DNA of 64,000 bases from Thermoplasmata archaeon. Its GTDB lineage: Archaea; Thermoplasmatota; E2; JACPAO01; JAHFTW01. Under the pieces are notes generated by a model. That model was not told where the DNA came from and searched no databases. It worked only from the letters and a program-made list of their open reading frames with translations. Below, piece by piece: positions 27,171 through 38,552 of this stretch (positions are counted from its first letter, which is position 1; every line of letters starts with the position of its first letter). The DNA is taken from contig JAXDQS010000004.1 of assembly GCA_034667725.1 (NCBI GenBank), forward strand, positions 1 to 64,000, in the 5' to 3' direction. Position numbers and translations under genes: made by a program.

Positions 27171-28193
27171 GTGCAGGCAGCGTTCTTCCGCAGCCACGGC
27201 GGCCTCGACGTCCTGGAGGTCGGCGACCTGCCGGCCCCGCCCCTCGGCCCCGGCGACGTCCGGATCCAGGTCAAGGCGGCCGCCCTGAACCACCTCGACC
27301 TGTTCGTGCGCGAAGGCTGGCCCGGCCTCAAGCTCCCCTTGCCCCACATCGGCGGCACCGACCTGGCCGGCGTCGTGTCCGAGGTGGCTCCCGGCGTCCG
27401 CGGCGTGCAGGTCGGCGACGAGGTGCTGGTGAACCCGGGCCTCAACTTCGCGGCCGGCCCCGACGGCGACCAAGCGATCCCGCCCGACGTCAACATCGTG
27501 GGCGAGACCCGCTGGGGCGGCCTGGCCGAGCAGTGCGTCGTCCCGGCCACCCACGTCCTGCCCAAGCCCGCGCGGATGCCGTGGGAGGAGGCCGCCGCCC
27601 TGCCGCTGGCCGCCATGACCGCGATGCAGATGGTGCACCGCAAGGCCCGCGTCCAGGCCGGCGACCGTGTCCTCGTGGTCGGCGCCGGCGGCGGCGTGGC
27701 CGTGATGGCGTTGCAGCTCGCCAAGGCCCGCGGCGCGTGGGTGTGCGCGACCACCGGCGGCGCCGCCAAGGCCGCCAAGGTCAAGGCGCTCGGCGCGGAC
27801 CACGTCATCGACTACAAGGCCAGCCCCGACTGGGCGAAGGAGGCCTTCGTCGCCACCGGCAAGAAGGGCTTCCAGGCCGTGCTGGACTCGGCCGGCACGG
27901 CGACGTTCGGCAAGTCGCTGCGGCTGCTGGCGCAGGGCGGCCGGCTCGTCACCTGCGGCGCCACCACGGGGCCGCTCGCGGAGGTGGACGTGCGCGCCAT
28001 CTTCTGGCGCCAGCTCAGCATCCTGGGCAGCACCATGGGCGTGCCGCAGGACCTGGCCGACGCCGTCTCCATGTGGGAGGCCGGCCGGCTCAAGGTCGTG
28101 GTCGACTCGGTCTATCCGCTGGCGGAGGCCCGCGCCGCCCAGCAGCGCATGGCGCAGGCCGGGCAGTTCGGCAAGATCGTCCTCAAGCCCTGA
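27171..28193 (+). CDS. MDR-family NADPH:quinone oxidoreductase/alcohol dehydrogenase-like protein
   Basis: ALNHLDLFVREG, LPHIGGTD, GAGGGV, QFGKIVL. Confidence 0.9.
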   Translation: MQAAFFRSHGGLDVLEVGDLPAPPLGPGDVRIQVKAAALNHLDLFVREGWPGLKLPLPHIGGTDLAGVVSEVAPGVRGVQVGDEVLVNPGLNFAAGPDGDQAIPPDVNIVGETRWGGLAEQCVVPATHVLPKPARMPWEEAAALPLAAMTAMQMVHRKARVQAGDRVLVVGAGGGVAVMALQLAKARGAWVCATTGGAAKAAKVKALGADHVIDYKASPDWAKEAFVATGKKGFQAVLDSAGTATFGKSLRLLAQGGRLVTCGATTGPLAEVDVRAIFWRQLSILGSTMGVPQDLADAVSMWEAGRLKVVVDSVYPLAEARAAQQRMAQAGQFGKIVLKP

Positions 28194-28239
28194 AGCGAAA
28201 AAAACGGGAGGAGGAAGGGAGAAGGGACCGAAAACGGGC

Positions 28240-29277
28240 CTAGGAGAACTCGACGTCGAGGTTGAAGCTCTCGCCGGCCGCGTTCCAGCCGACCACGATG
28301 ACGCGGTACTCGCCCGCCGGCAGGTTGCCGGTGATGGCCTCGCCGGTCGTCGGGTTGCCGAGGTCGTTGGTGCCGGCGTACAGTTGGCTGTCGCCCTCGT
28401 AGATGTAGAAGTCCAGGTCGTTGGCCGACAGCCCCCAGGCCAGGGTGGCGTCGAAGTCGACGGGGGCGCCCTCGACCTCGAAGGGGTACTCGAAGCACTC
28501 CGCCGTCGGGGTGTTGCAGATGCCGCCGCCCTGGAGGTTCAGGGGGTCGAAGCTCACCGTGAAGGTGCCCTGCTCGTGGATGGCCTCGGGCAGGATCTTG
28601 GTGGGCTTGGGGAGGATGGGCTTGCCGCCGTAGAGCTTGACCTTCAGGTCGGAGACCGCGGCGGTCTCGATGCCGACCACGGCGCCGAAGCTCAGGAGGC
28701 CCTCGGCGCGGCCGTCGATCTCCCACTCTTGGTCCTCGAGGTCCAGCCGGTACTCGACCGTGGTCATGTTGCCGGCCGTGATGGCGGCGTCCAAGGTGGC
28801 GTTGGAGGCGCGCAGGGCGTCCATGGCCTCGACGCTGTCCACCGACCAGGTGTCGGCCTTGGCGCGGATGTCATCGATGTCCTCCTGCGGGATCGCCATG
28901 GGGAGCTCCTGCTCGAAGGCGTAGGCCATCTTGCCGTCCACGACGGCGACCGAGATGACGAAGTGGTCCGCAGCGGAGACGAAGTTGAAGCCCCAGGCGG
29001 GCGCGTGGCCGTCGCCGACGGTCTCGTCGGTGGCCTCCGCCAGGGCGGCCACGAAGCGGCCCTGGTCGCTGTCGGGGTCCACGTTGGCGCCCATGGTCTT
29101 GTTCTCGAAGCTGCGGACCTCGAGGCCGAACGCGCCGACCAGGATGGCGTCCGAGTGGCGGTCCCGGGCCTCGCTGCGGGCGACGCTGAAGGCGTCTTGG
29201 GCGGTCTCCCCGTCGGGGCTCGTGCAACCGGCAAGCAGGGCGGTGGCCAGGAGGCCCGCCACGAGGATGCTGCGCAT
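28240..29277 (-). CDS. Lipoprotein with a C-terminal PPC-like domain
   Basis: Lipobox LAGC; NDLDFYIY...E...LPAGEYRVIV. Confidence 0.7.
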   Translation of the reverse strand: MRSILVAGLLATALLAGCTSPDGETAQDAFSVARSEARDRHSDAILVGAFGLEVRSFENKTMGANVDPDSDQGRFVAALAEATDETVGDGHAPAWGFNFVSAADHFVISVAVVDGKMAYAFEQELPMAIPQEDIDDIRAKADTWSVDSVEAMDALRASNATLDAAITAGNMTTVEYRLDLEDQEWEIDGRAEGLLSFGAVVGIETAAVSDLKVKLYGGKPILPKPTKILPEAIHEQGTFTVSFDPLNLQGGGICNTPTAECFEYPFEVEGAPVDFDATLAWGLSANDLDFYIYEGDSQLYAGTNDLGNPTTGEAITGNLPAGEYRVIVVGWNAAGESFNLDVEFS

Positions 29278-29326
29278 AGGCGGCCCAGGAAAGCGAGGGT
29301 GCTTCAACCTTGCCGTGACCGGAACC

Positions 29327-30211
29327 CTAGGCCCGCGGCTTCACGACCAGCACCGAGCCGGGCGAGTTCGACAGAAGGCGGTCGCTCACCGAGCCTAGGC
29401 TGTGCAGGGGCCCGCCGCTCAGGCCGCGGCCGCCGATCACCAGGAGATGGGGGCCCCGCGACCGCAGGGCCTGGAGCACGCCCAGGTGGGGCGGCCCGGG
29501 GACCCCTTCCACCGTGAGGCCAGGGTGGGGCGCCAAGGTGCTCTTTTCCTTCAGGTCCTTGAGGGTCTTCTCGCGGGCGTGCAGCACCGCGAGCGGCAGC
29601 TCCCACTGGCGGGCGAGGCTCACGGCCACCGCCATGGCGTGGCGGGCCGGCCGCGACCCGTCCGTGGCGGCCGCGATGCCGTAGACGCTGGGCGCCTGGC
29701 GGGCCACCAGGATGCTGCACGGCGCCTCCTTCTTCAGGGTGGCCGAAACGCCGCCGAGGCCCTCGTACTCGCCGCGGCCGTGGTTGTGCGAGCCGACGAT
29801 GGCCAGGTCCGCCTTGCGGTTGGCCATGGCCCACACCAGCTCCAAGGCGGGCGGGCCCTGCAAGGCCAAGGTCTCGGCCTGCACGCCGCGCGCGGCCAAC
29901 TTCGCGGCCGCCGCTGCCAGCACGGTCTTCGGGTCCTGGACCTGCTCCATGAACACCTCGGCCGCGGCGCCGGAGGCGGGCGGGGAGCCGACGCAGGCCA
30001 GCGTGATGCGGGCGCCGGAGCGGCCCAGCAGGTGGGCCCATTCGAGGGCTTGCAGGCTGGCGGGGCTGTTGTCGACGCCGACGACGACGTTCTTGAAGGG
30101 CTGGGCAGGGCCGGCGGGGACGTCGGGCCCGTGCTTGCGCTTCAGGAGATGGTCCTCGCCGCGGCAGGCCGCCGCAAACAAGGCCAGGCGGGCTTCGTCG
30201 GCCTCGGGCAC
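29327..30211 (-). CDS. Tandem universal stress protein (USP)
   Basis: VVGVDNS, IVGSH, APCSILV; second domain ATDGS, GGRG..LGSVSDRLL. Confidence 0.85.
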   Translation of the reverse strand: MPEADEARLALFAAACRGEDHLLKRKHGPDVPAGPAQPFKNVVVGVDNSPASLQALEWAHLLGRSGARITLACVGSPPASGAAAEVFMEQVQDPKTVLAAAAAKLAARGVQAETLALQGPPALELVWAMANRKADLAIVGSHNHGRGEYEGLGGVSATLKKEAPCSILVARQAPSVYGIAAATDGSRPARHAMAVAVSLARQWELPLAVLHAREKTLKDLKEKSTLAPHPGLTVEGVPGPPHLGVLQALRSRGPHLLVIGGRGLSGGPLHSLGSVSDRLLSNSPGSVLVVKPRA

Positions 30212-30294
30212 ACCCGACCGAACCCGCGGCTTCCTTTGAGGCTGGCGGCAGCCCCGGCGCGACCCGGCAACGCTTTGCAGGCGGGTTTCCATCT

Positions 30295-30927
30295 GTGGGC
30301 GTGATCATCGACCGGGTGGACGAGGAGTTCCTGCTCTTCGCCCTCGACCCGGACGGCGGCTGGGTCCACAACCGCAAGGGCGCCCTGCACAACGGGCTGG
30401 CGGCGGCGTGGCTGGCCGAGCTCATCATGGACGGCTACCTCAAGCTGGACAAGGGGCGCGTCGTCTCGCGCAGCCACACCCCCGCCGGCGAGAAGACCTT
30501 GGACTGGGTGCTGGGGGAGGTCCGCGACCGCCGGCCGAAGGCGGTGGACCGGTGGATCGTCAAGCTCGGCCGCAAGGCGCAGCCCCACGTCCACGACGTG
30601 ATGCTCCGGCTGGAGGGGCGCGGCCACGTCCAGACCGTCCAGCGCAACGGCGAGCGGCGCTACCCCGTGCGGGACGCGGCGGCCCGGCGGGCGCTGCGGG
30701 ACCACCTCAAGGGCGTCCTCTATGGGCAGTACCCGGCGGACGAGTCGACGACGCTGCTGCTGGCGGTGCTGGAGGCCTCGGGCTACCTGCCGAACGTGTT
30801 CGGGGGCGAGCTGGAAGGGCAGGCGAAGCTGCTGTTCGACCGCATCCTGCACAAGGACCCGCGGGCGCTGGCGATCCATCAGGGCGTGCAGCACGCCAAG
30901 GGCTGGTCGTTGCGGTCGCTCTGGTGA
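30295..30927 (+). CDS. GPP34/GOLPH3/Vps74-family protein
   Basis: EEFLLFALD...GLAAAWLAELIMDGYL N-terminal pattern. Confidence 0.7.
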   Translation: MGVIIDRVDEEFLLFALDPDGGWVHNRKGALHNGLAAAWLAELIMDGYLKLDKGRVVSRSHTPAGEKTLDWVLGEVRDRRPKAVDRWIVKLGRKAQPHVHDVMLRLEGRGHVQTVQRNGERRYPVRDAAARRALRDHLKGVLYGQYPADESTTLLLAVLEASGYLPNVFGGELEGQAKLLFDRILHKDPRALAIHQGVQHAKGWSLRSLW

Positions 30928-30954
30928 CGCCCCGCTCGGTGGACGGGATGGTCG

Positions 30955-32193
30955 TCAGGCCCGGGCGGGCATCGGCGCCTTGCGGGCCGTCCACTCGCAC
31001 ATGAGCCCGCCCAGCCGCTCGACGCCGATCTCCAGCTTGTCGTCCGCCGGGTGGCTGAAGTTGAGGCGCATCGTGTTGAAGCCCACGTTGGGGTCGGGGA
31101 AGAACGACTTGCCGGGCACATAGGCGACGTTGCGCTGGACGGCGTCCTTGAGCATCTCGGTGGTGTTGACGTGCGGCGCCATGGTGGCCCAGGTGAACAG
31201 GCCGCCCTGGGACTTGGTCCACGAGGTGCCCTCCTTCGGGAAGTGCTTGTCCATGCCATGCAGCATCAGGTCGCGCTTCTTGCGGTAGAGGCTGATGATC
31301 TCGGGCAGGTGCTTGTCGATGAGGCCGCTGGCCAGCAGGTCCGCCGCGATGTACTGGGTGAAGGCGTTGGTGCAGAGGTCCACGCCCTGCTTGCCGATGA
31401 CCATCTTGCGGGTGACCTCCAGCGGGGCGACGCTCCAGGCGAGGCGGAAGCCGGGGACCAGGATCTTGCTGAAGGTGCCGAGGTAGATGACGCGACCTTC
31501 CTTCTTGTCCATGCTGTGGATGGTAGGGACCGGCTCGCCGTCGAACCGCAGCTTGCCGTAGGGGTCGTCCTCGACGATCAGGAGGTCGTGCTCGTGGGCC
31601 AGCTCCAACAGGCGCTTGCGGCGGGGGGCCGACACGGTGGTGCCCGAGGGGTTGGCGAAGGTCGGGACGACGTAGAGGAACTTGGGGTGGACGCCCTGCT
31701 TGCGGAGCCGGAGCAGGGTCTCCTCGACGGAGTCCGGGTCGATGCCGTCGCCGTCGGAGTCGGCGGTGGCGTACTGGACGCCGTAGGCGTTGAACGACTG
31801 CATGGCGCCGAGGTAGGTCGGGCTGGAGACCAGGACGGTGTCGTTGACGTCGAGGAAGACGCGGCCGAGCAGGTCGAGGCCTTGCTGGCTGCCGTTGGTG
31901 ATGAGGACCTGGTCGGGGTGGACGTCCATGCCGTCCTTCCGGAGGTGCTCGGCCACGGCCTCGCGCAGGGGGGTGACGCCCTCGGTGGTCGAGTACTGCA
32001 GCGCGGACTTGGCGTGGTCCCGCAGGACGCGGTGGGTGGCCTCCTCGACCTCGCGCACCGGGAAGGTGGCGGGGTTGGGCAGGCCGCCGGCGAAGCTGAT
32101 GATGTTGGGCTTCTCGGTCAGCTTCAGCAGCTCGCGAATCTCGCTGGCTTTCTGCCGTTGGGTTCGCTGCGCGTAGAGCTTGCCGAAGTCCAT
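30955..32193 (-). CDS. PLP-dependent class I aminotransferase (LysN/ARO8-like)
   Basis: ISFAGGLP, LQYSTTEG, NPSG, EDDPY, TFSKILVPGFRLAW. Confidence 0.92.
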   Translation of the reverse strand: MDFGKLYAQRTQRQKASEIRELLKLTEKPNIISFAGGLPNPATFPVREVEEATHRVLRDHAKSALQYSTTEGVTPLREAVAEHLRKDGMDVHPDQVLITNGSQQGLDLLGRVFLDVNDTVLVSSPTYLGAMQSFNAYGVQYATADSDGDGIDPDSVEETLLRLRKQGVHPKFLYVVPTFANPSGTTVSAPRRKRLLELAHEHDLLIVEDDPYGKLRFDGEPVPTIHSMDKKEGRVIYLGTFSKILVPGFRLAWSVAPLEVTRKMVIGKQGVDLCTNAFTQYIAADLLASGLIDKHLPEIISLYRKKRDLMLHGMDKHFPKEGTSWTKSQGGLFTWATMAPHVNTTEMLKDAVQRNVAYVPGKSFFPDPNVGFNTMRLNFSHPADDKLEIGVERLGGLMCEWTARKAPMPARA

Positions 32194-32386
32194 CGCGATT
32201 GCGCCCAGCCCCCTGAATCATAAAAGGGTTCGGCAAGGTGGCGTCTTTGCCAAACCTCGTTCAGCGGATTCAGCCATTTCTAGACCATGTTTAGAAAACG
32301 TGGCTGGCGGCTGAACAAAGGCCCGGCTTTCGGGGGCTTGCTTCACCGGGAGGCCCACGGACAGGCCACGGCGGGGCTGAACAGGT

Positions 32387-33628
32387 TCAAAGGATCGCGT
32401 GCAGCAGCCAGTAGCAGACCGCGGCCACGACGGCGGCCATCGGGATGGTGATGACCCATGCCGACATGATGCGCCGCGCCGTGCCCCAGCTCACCGCCGA
32501 CATGCGCTGGAACGCGCCGACGCCGAGGATCGACCCCGTGATGCTGTGCGTCGTCGAGACCGGCACGCCCTTGTTGGCGAGGAAGAACAGGCTCATCGCG
32601 CTCGCGGTCTCGGCGGCGAACCCTTGGCTCGTGTCGAGGTGCGTGAGCTTGGTGCCCATGGTCTTGACGACCTTGTGGCCTCCGATCATGGTGCCCAGCG
32701 CGATGGCCAGGCCGGAGGCGACGATGACCTCCGGCGGCACCGGGAACTCCTTGATGTTGGCCGGCGACGGCACCGCGCCCGCCGCGATCAGGAGCGCCGA
32801 GATGACGCCCATGGTCTTCTGCGCGTCGTTGGTGCCGTGGCCGAGCGAGTAGGCCGCCGACGAGCCGATCTGCGCCCAGCGGAAGCCGCCCTTGACCCGG
32901 CTCGACGGCACACGGTAGAACAGCCGCGCGATGACGGCGGTGAACACGAACGCCATGAGGAACCCGATGAACGGGCTGTAGGCGATGAACAGCAGGGTCG
33001 CAAGCAGCTTCTGGACCTGGAAGCCCTGGAAGATGCGCACCGCCAGCCAGACGGCCGAGCCGATGCCGGCCCCGACGAAGAAGCCCGTGCGCAGCCGCGA
33101 CCGGCTGGCGGCGGCCACGGCGACCCCGCCGGCCGCGCCCACGGCGGCGCCCTCCAGCAGGATGACGCCGACGGCCGCCACGTCGCCCCAGCCCCAGAAC
33201 TGGACGCCGCCCATGCCGGCGTGCGCCAGCGCCGCGCCGACCAGGCCGCCGATCAGGCTTTGGCTGGACGAGATCGGGATTCCGAGGACGATGGTGAGCA
33301 CCGACCAGAAGACGGCCCCAAGCAGGCCTGCGAGGATGACCTCGGTCGTGACGGCGTCCTTGGCGATGATGCCGGAGCCGACGGTGGCCGCGACCGCGGT
33401 GCCGGCGAAGGCGCCGACGAAGTTGAACGTCCCCGCCAGCGCCAAGGCGCCCCAGACGGGCAGCGCGCGGGTGGCGACGACGGTGGCGATCGAGTTGGCG
33501 GCGTCGTGCAGGCCGTTGTAGAAGTCGAACAGCAGCGCGACCAGGATCGTGAGGAGGACCAGCGGCGTCACGGCGTCCCAGCCGATGTGGCCCCAGCCGT
33601 CGAGGATGCCCAGCAGCGGCAGCGCCAT
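32387..33628 (-). CDS. pit: Inorganic phosphate transporter, PiT family
   Basis: NGLHDAANSIAT, HGTNDAQKTMG, PVSTTH. Confidence 0.93.
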   Translation of the reverse strand: MALPLLGILDGWGHIGWDAVTPLVLLTILVALLFDFYNGLHDAANSIATVVATRALPVWGALALAGTFNFVGAFAGTAVAATVGSGIIAKDAVTTEVILAGLLGAVFWSVLTIVLGIPISSSQSLIGGLVGAALAHAGMGGVQFWGWGDVAAVGVILLEGAAVGAAGGVAVAAASRSRLRTGFFVGAGIGSAVWLAVRIFQGFQVQKLLATLLFIAYSPFIGFLMAFVFTAVIARLFYRVPSSRVKGGFRWAQIGSSAAYSLGHGTNDAQKTMGVISALLIAAGAVPSPANIKEFPVPPEVIVASGLAIALGTMIGGHKVVKTMGTKLTHLDTSQGFAAETASAMSLFFLANKGVPVSTTHSITGSILGVGAFQRMSAVSWGTARRIMSAWVITIPMAAVVAAVCYWLLHAIL

Positions 33629-33634
33629 GGCGGC

Positions 33635-34267
33635 TCACCCGTGCTTGCGCAGGATGTCCTGGAGCACGTCGGCCACGTCCTCGCACCGGTCGGTGGCGTC
33701 CTCGAGGAACTCGTAGATTTCCTTGTACTTCAGGATGACAACCGGGTCGTTGGTCTTGAACAGGGCGCCGATGGCCTCGTTGAGGGCGCGGTCGGCGACG
33801 TTCTCCAGGCGGTGGATCTCCACCACGTGGGCCGGGATGGTGGTCTTGAGGCTCGAGGGCTTGCGCAGGCCGCGGACGCCGTCCACCAGCTCGCGGATCT
33901 GGCCCTCCAGCACGTCGATGAAGACCTTCATGTGCGGCGTGGGGGCGGGGATCTCCAGGAGCGCGATGCGGTTGGTGGCGGCGTAGATGGCGTCCACGAT
34001 GTCGTCGAGGGCGTGCGCCAGGCGGGCGATGTCCTCGCGGTCGATGGGCGTGATGAAGGTCGCGTTGAGGCGGTCGAACACCTCGTGGCCCACGCTGTCG
34101 GCCTCGTGCTCGACGTCGCGGATGCGGGTGCGCCAGGCCTCGACGTTCTGCCAGTTGTCCACCATCTGCCGGAACAGGCCGGCGGCGTCGCTGGCCAGGG
34201 CGACGTGGCGCTCCAGGAGGTCATAGAAGACCCGGTCTTGCGGGATGATCCATTCCTTGAAGCCCAT
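33635..34267 (-). CDS. DUF47 PiT accessory protein
   Basis: EHEAD, FITPIDREDI, EDATDRCEDVA. Confidence 0.92.
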   Translation of the reverse strand: MGFKEWIIPQDRVFYDLLERHVALASDAAGLFRQMVDNWQNVEAWRTRIRDVEHEADSVGHEVFDRLNATFITPIDREDIARLAHALDDIVDAIYAATNRIALLEIPAPTPHMKVFIDVLEGQIRELVDGVRGLRKPSSLKTTIPAHVVEIHRLENVADRALNEAIGALFKTNDPVVILKYKEIYEFLEDATDRCEDVADVLQDILRKHG

Positions 34268-34291
34268 GGCGCGGCGGCAGATTTCTCGCGA

Positions 34292-34327
34292 CTTCACCGT
34301 ATTCTCAATCTTCTATTGAGACTATAG
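34292..34327 (-). promoter_or_regulatory. Candidate phosphate-regulated promoter/operator
   Basis: TCTCAAT-N5-ATTGAGA palindrome plus CTATAG; CTTCACCGTA shared with 38515. Confidence 0.5.
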
Positions 34328-34981
34328 CTAACGCAAGGGGAGCCGGCGCTCGCCGCTCGCCATGTAGAGCGCCTTCTCCGCGATCTTGCGGGCGTTGTCG
34401 CCGGTGCGCTCCAGGTGCCGGGCCACCAGGATGTGGTGGGCGTGCAGCGTGATGGTGCGCGGGTCCTCCATCATGTAGGTGATGGCCTGGCGGAAGATCT
34501 GGTCGTAGAGAGTGTCCACCACCTCGTCCATGGCCGCGACCCCGCGCGCCTTGGCCGCGTCCCGCTCCTTGTACGCCTCGATGGCGCGGTCGTACATCTC
34601 CATCGCCTTCTCCGCCATCAGGTTGAACGCCAGCGGCTTGCGGGGCAGCTTCTGGTCCCCCAGTTCCAGCGTCGCCTTGGCGATGTCGTAGCCGTAGCGG
34701 CCGATGCGGTCGATGTAGGTGATGACCTTGAGGCTGGCCCCGATGGTGCGCAGGTCGGCCGCCATCGGCTGGTTCAGGGCCAAGAGCGACAGCGCCTCGG
34801 CCTCGATCTCGACGTCGAGCCGGTTGAGCTCCTCCTCGCGCTGGATGACGCGGCGGGCCAAGGCGGCATCCCCGTCCACCAGGCTGCGGACGCCCTCGAC
34901 GAGGTTCAGGCGGGCCTGGTCCGCCATGTGCAGGACGCGGGCCTTGAGCTGGTCGATCTCGTTGTGGAACTCCTTGGTCAT
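34328..34981 (-). CDS. phoU: Phosphate transport regulator PhoU
   Basis: QPMAADLR, DRIG, ARHLERTGD. Confidence 0.93.
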   Translation of the reverse strand: MTKEFHNEIDQLKARVLHMADQARLNLVEGVRSLVDGDAALARRVIQREEELNRLDVEIEAEALSLLALNQPMAADLRTIGASLKVITYIDRIGRYGYDIAKATLELGDQKLPRKPLAFNLMAEKAMEMYDRAIEAYKERDAAKARGVAAMDEVVDTLYDQIFRQAITYMMEDPRTITLHAHHILVARHLERTGDNARKIAEKALYMASGERRLPLR

Positions 34982-34984
34982 GGG

Positions 34985-35779
34985 TCACCCGAAGCGGCCG
35001 GTCACGTAGGCCTCCGTCTGCGCGTTGCGCGGGTTCTCGAACAGGTCGCGGGTCGTGCCCTCCTCGATGAGCTCGCCGAGGTAGAAGAACGCCGTGCGGT
35101 CGGAGACCCGCGCGGCCTGCTGCATGTTGTGGGTCACGATGACGACGGTGTGGTCGCGCCGCAGCTCCGCCATCAGGTCCTCGATCTTCGCGGTCGCGAT
35201 CGGGTCGAGGGCGGAGCACGGCTCGTCCATCAGGATGACGTCGGGCCGCACCGCGAGCGCGCGGGCGATGCAGAGCCGCTGCTGCTGGCCGCCGGAGAGC
35301 GCCGTGCCGGGCTGGTCCATGCGGTCCTCGACCTCGCCCAAGAGGTGCGCCTTGGCGAGCGCCTCGCGGACGCGGTCCTTGACCTGCTCGCGCGACAGGC
35401 CGCCGTCGAGCCGCAGGCCGTAGGCGACGTTCTCGAAGATCGACTTGGGGAACGGGTTGGGCTTCTGGAACACCATGCCGACCTGGCGCCGGAGGGCGGC
35501 CGCCTCGACGCCGCGGGCGTGCACGTCGTGGCCGTGGTACAGCAGCCGCCCCTCGACGCGGGCGCCGGGGATGAGGTCGTTCATGCGGTTGAGGCAGCGC
35601 AGGAAGGTGGACTTGCCGCAGCCGGACGGGCCGATGAAGGCCGTGACCTGGCGGCGCGGGATGTCGAGGCTGACGTCCTTGAGGGCGTGCTTGTCGCCGT
35701 ACCAGACGTTGAGGCCGCGCACGGCGAAGGCCGCGGCGGTGTCCTGGAGGGGGGTCGGGGGTGCGAGGGTGGTGGTCAT
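34985..35779 (-). CDS. pstB: Phosphate ABC transporter ATPase
   Basis: [40 protein letters not shown]. Confidence 0.96.
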   Translation of the reverse strand: MTTTLAPPTPLQDTAAAFAVRGLNVWYGDKHALKDVSLDIPRRQVTAFIGPSGCGKSTFLRCLNRMNDLIPGARVEGRLLYHGHDVHARGVEAAALRRQVGMVFQKPNPFPKSIFENVAYGLRLDGGLSREQVKDRVREALAKAHLLGEVEDRMDQPGTALSGGQQQRLCIARALAVRPDVILMDEPCSALDPIATAKIEDLMAELRRDHTVVIVTHNMQQAARVSDRTAFFYLGELIEEGTTRDLFENPRNAQTEAYVTGRFG

Positions 35780-35784
35780 GGGGT

Positions 35785-36650
<866 letters not shown>

Positions 36651-36654
<4 letters not shown>

Positions 36655-37574
36655 GCGAACCGCCTCCGGTAGCGGGCGAGGATGAACTCGGCCGCCAGGT
36701 TGACGGCGAAGGTGAGCGCGAACAGGTAGGCGCCGATGGCGAAGATGGAGCGGTACTGGATCGAGCCGTCAGGCAGGTCGCCGCCGGCGCGGTTGGCGAT
36801 GAACGACGTGATGGTCTGCGCCGGCTCGAGGTAGTCCCAGGTCATGGTGGGCACCAGGCCGGCGGCCAGCGTCACGACCATGGTCTCGCCGATGGCCCGG
36901 CTGAAGCCCAGGATGGTGGCGGCGGTGATGCCGCTGCGGGCGGCGGGCAGCACGACCTTCCAGGTGGCCTCCCACTTGGTGGCGCCGAGGGCGAGGGCGC
37001 CTTCCCGCAGCTCGCGCGGCACGGCCCGGAGCGCGTCGTCGGAGATGCTGGAGATGATGGGCACCACCATGACGCCGAGGGCCAGGGACGCCGACAGGGC
37101 GGTGAACAGCGGCGCGTGGAACGTGGACTGGATGAACGGGCCGATGACGAACAGCGCCAGCAGGCCGAACACGATGCTCGGGATCCCGGCCAAGAGCTCC
37201 AGCGTGGGCTTGAGGACGCGGCGGGTGCGGTCGCCCGCGAACTCGCTGAGGTAGAGCGCGGAGCCGACGCCGAGGGGGATGCCGATGAGGCTCGCGCCGA
37301 CCGCGACCTGGATGGTGCCCTTCAACAGCGGGACCGAGCCGTACTGGCGCGGCAGGAAGTCGGGCGCCCAGGTGGTGCCGAACAGGAACTCCGCCATGTC
37401 CACGGCGGCGAAGAACTGGAAGCCGTTGGTGAGCAGGGTGAGGAAGATGGCGGCCGTCGTGACCGTGGCCACCGTCGCCGACGCGAACAGCAGCACCAGG
37501 ATCCCGCGCTCGGCCAGGCGGGCGGCTTGGAGGCGCCGGCTGGCAAGGACGGGGACGGTCGGGGCCTCGGTCAT
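36651..37574 (-). CDS. pstC: Phosphate ABC transporter permease
   Basis: [28 protein letters not shown]. Confidence 0.94.
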
Positions 37575-37581
37575 GGGCGGC

Positions 37582-38490
37582 TCAGGCGATCTTGGCTTGC
37601 ATCTCGGCGAGCTTGGCGGCGGGCATCCGGATGTACTTCACGGCGGCCACCAGGTCTTGGCCCTCCTGGGAGAGGCCCTTCTCGAAGTAGGCCTTCAGGA
37701 CGCCGGCCGGCTTGCCGTCGGTGTACATGAAAAGCGGGCGGGCGAGCGGGTGGTACTTGCCGCCCTCGACGTTGGCGTCCGTGGGCTCGACGCAGCCGTT
37801 GCCCTTGCCCTCGTCGACGCCGACGACGCGCACCTTGTCCGGATGCTCGCGGGCGTAGGCCAGGCCGAAGTAGCCGAGCGCGTAGGGGCTGGAGGCCACG
37901 CCCTGCACCAGGACGTTGTCATCCTCCGACGGCGTGTAGTCGCTGCGGCCCTTGGTCTCCTTGCCGTCGACGGGGGCGAGGATGGCCTCGACGAAGTACT
38001 CGAAGGTGCCCGAGTCGGTGCCGGGGCCGAACAGCTCGAAGGCCTCGTCCGGCCAGTCGGCGTCCAGGTCCTTCCAGCGCTTGGCCTGCTTGGCGGCGTC
38101 GGCGGTCCAGACCTGGTGCAGCTGGGCGGTCGTGAGGCAGTGGACGAAAGTGTTGGAGGCGGCCACGACCACCGACAGGCCGTCGACCGCGACCTGGATC
38201 TCGAACGGCTCGATGCCCTTGGCCTTGCAGTCGGCGACCTCGGTCGCCTTGATCGGCCGGCTGGCGTCGGCGATGTCCAGCTCGCCGCGGCAGAAGCGCG
38301 CGAGGCCCGCGCCGGAGCCGCCGCCGCCCACCACGATGCTGGCGCCGACGTCGCGGCCGAAGGCCTCCGACCACGCCTGCGCGATGGGGTAGACCGTCGA
38401 GCTGCCGGCTTGGTCGACGACGACGCGGCTGCCGGCGCATCCAGCCAGCAGGAGGAGAAGGAGGGCGAGGGACGCAAAGGTGCGCTGCAT
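37582..38490 (-). CDS. pstS: Phosphate-binding lipoprotein (copy 2)
   Basis: LAGC, GSSTVYP, GGSGAG, DSGTFEYF, SEDDN. Confidence 0.94.
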   Translation of the reverse strand: MQRTFASLALLLLLLAGCAGSRVVVDQAGSSTVYPIAQAWSEAFGRDVGASIVVGGGGSGAGLARFCRGELDIADASRPIKATEVADCKAKGIEPFEIQVAVDGLSVVVAASNTFVHCLTTAQLHQVWTADAAKQAKRWKDLDADWPDEAFELFGPGTDSGTFEYFVEAILAPVDGKETKGRSDYTPSEDDNVLVQGVASSPYALGYFGLAYAREHPDKVRVVGVDEGKGNGCVEPTDANVEGGKYHPLARPLFMYTDGKPAGVLKAYFEKGLSQEGQDLVAAVKYIRMPAAKLAEMQAKIA

Positions 38491-38552
38491 GGGCCAGGAG
38501 GCAGGCGGGCCGGGCTTCACCGTAACCTCCGGATTCTAGGGTTTCTCTATAG

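Noticed and set aside
32277-32297. dif/Xer site
   Set aside because: Does not fit the 11-6-11 arm layout or the TAA-N6-TTA core.
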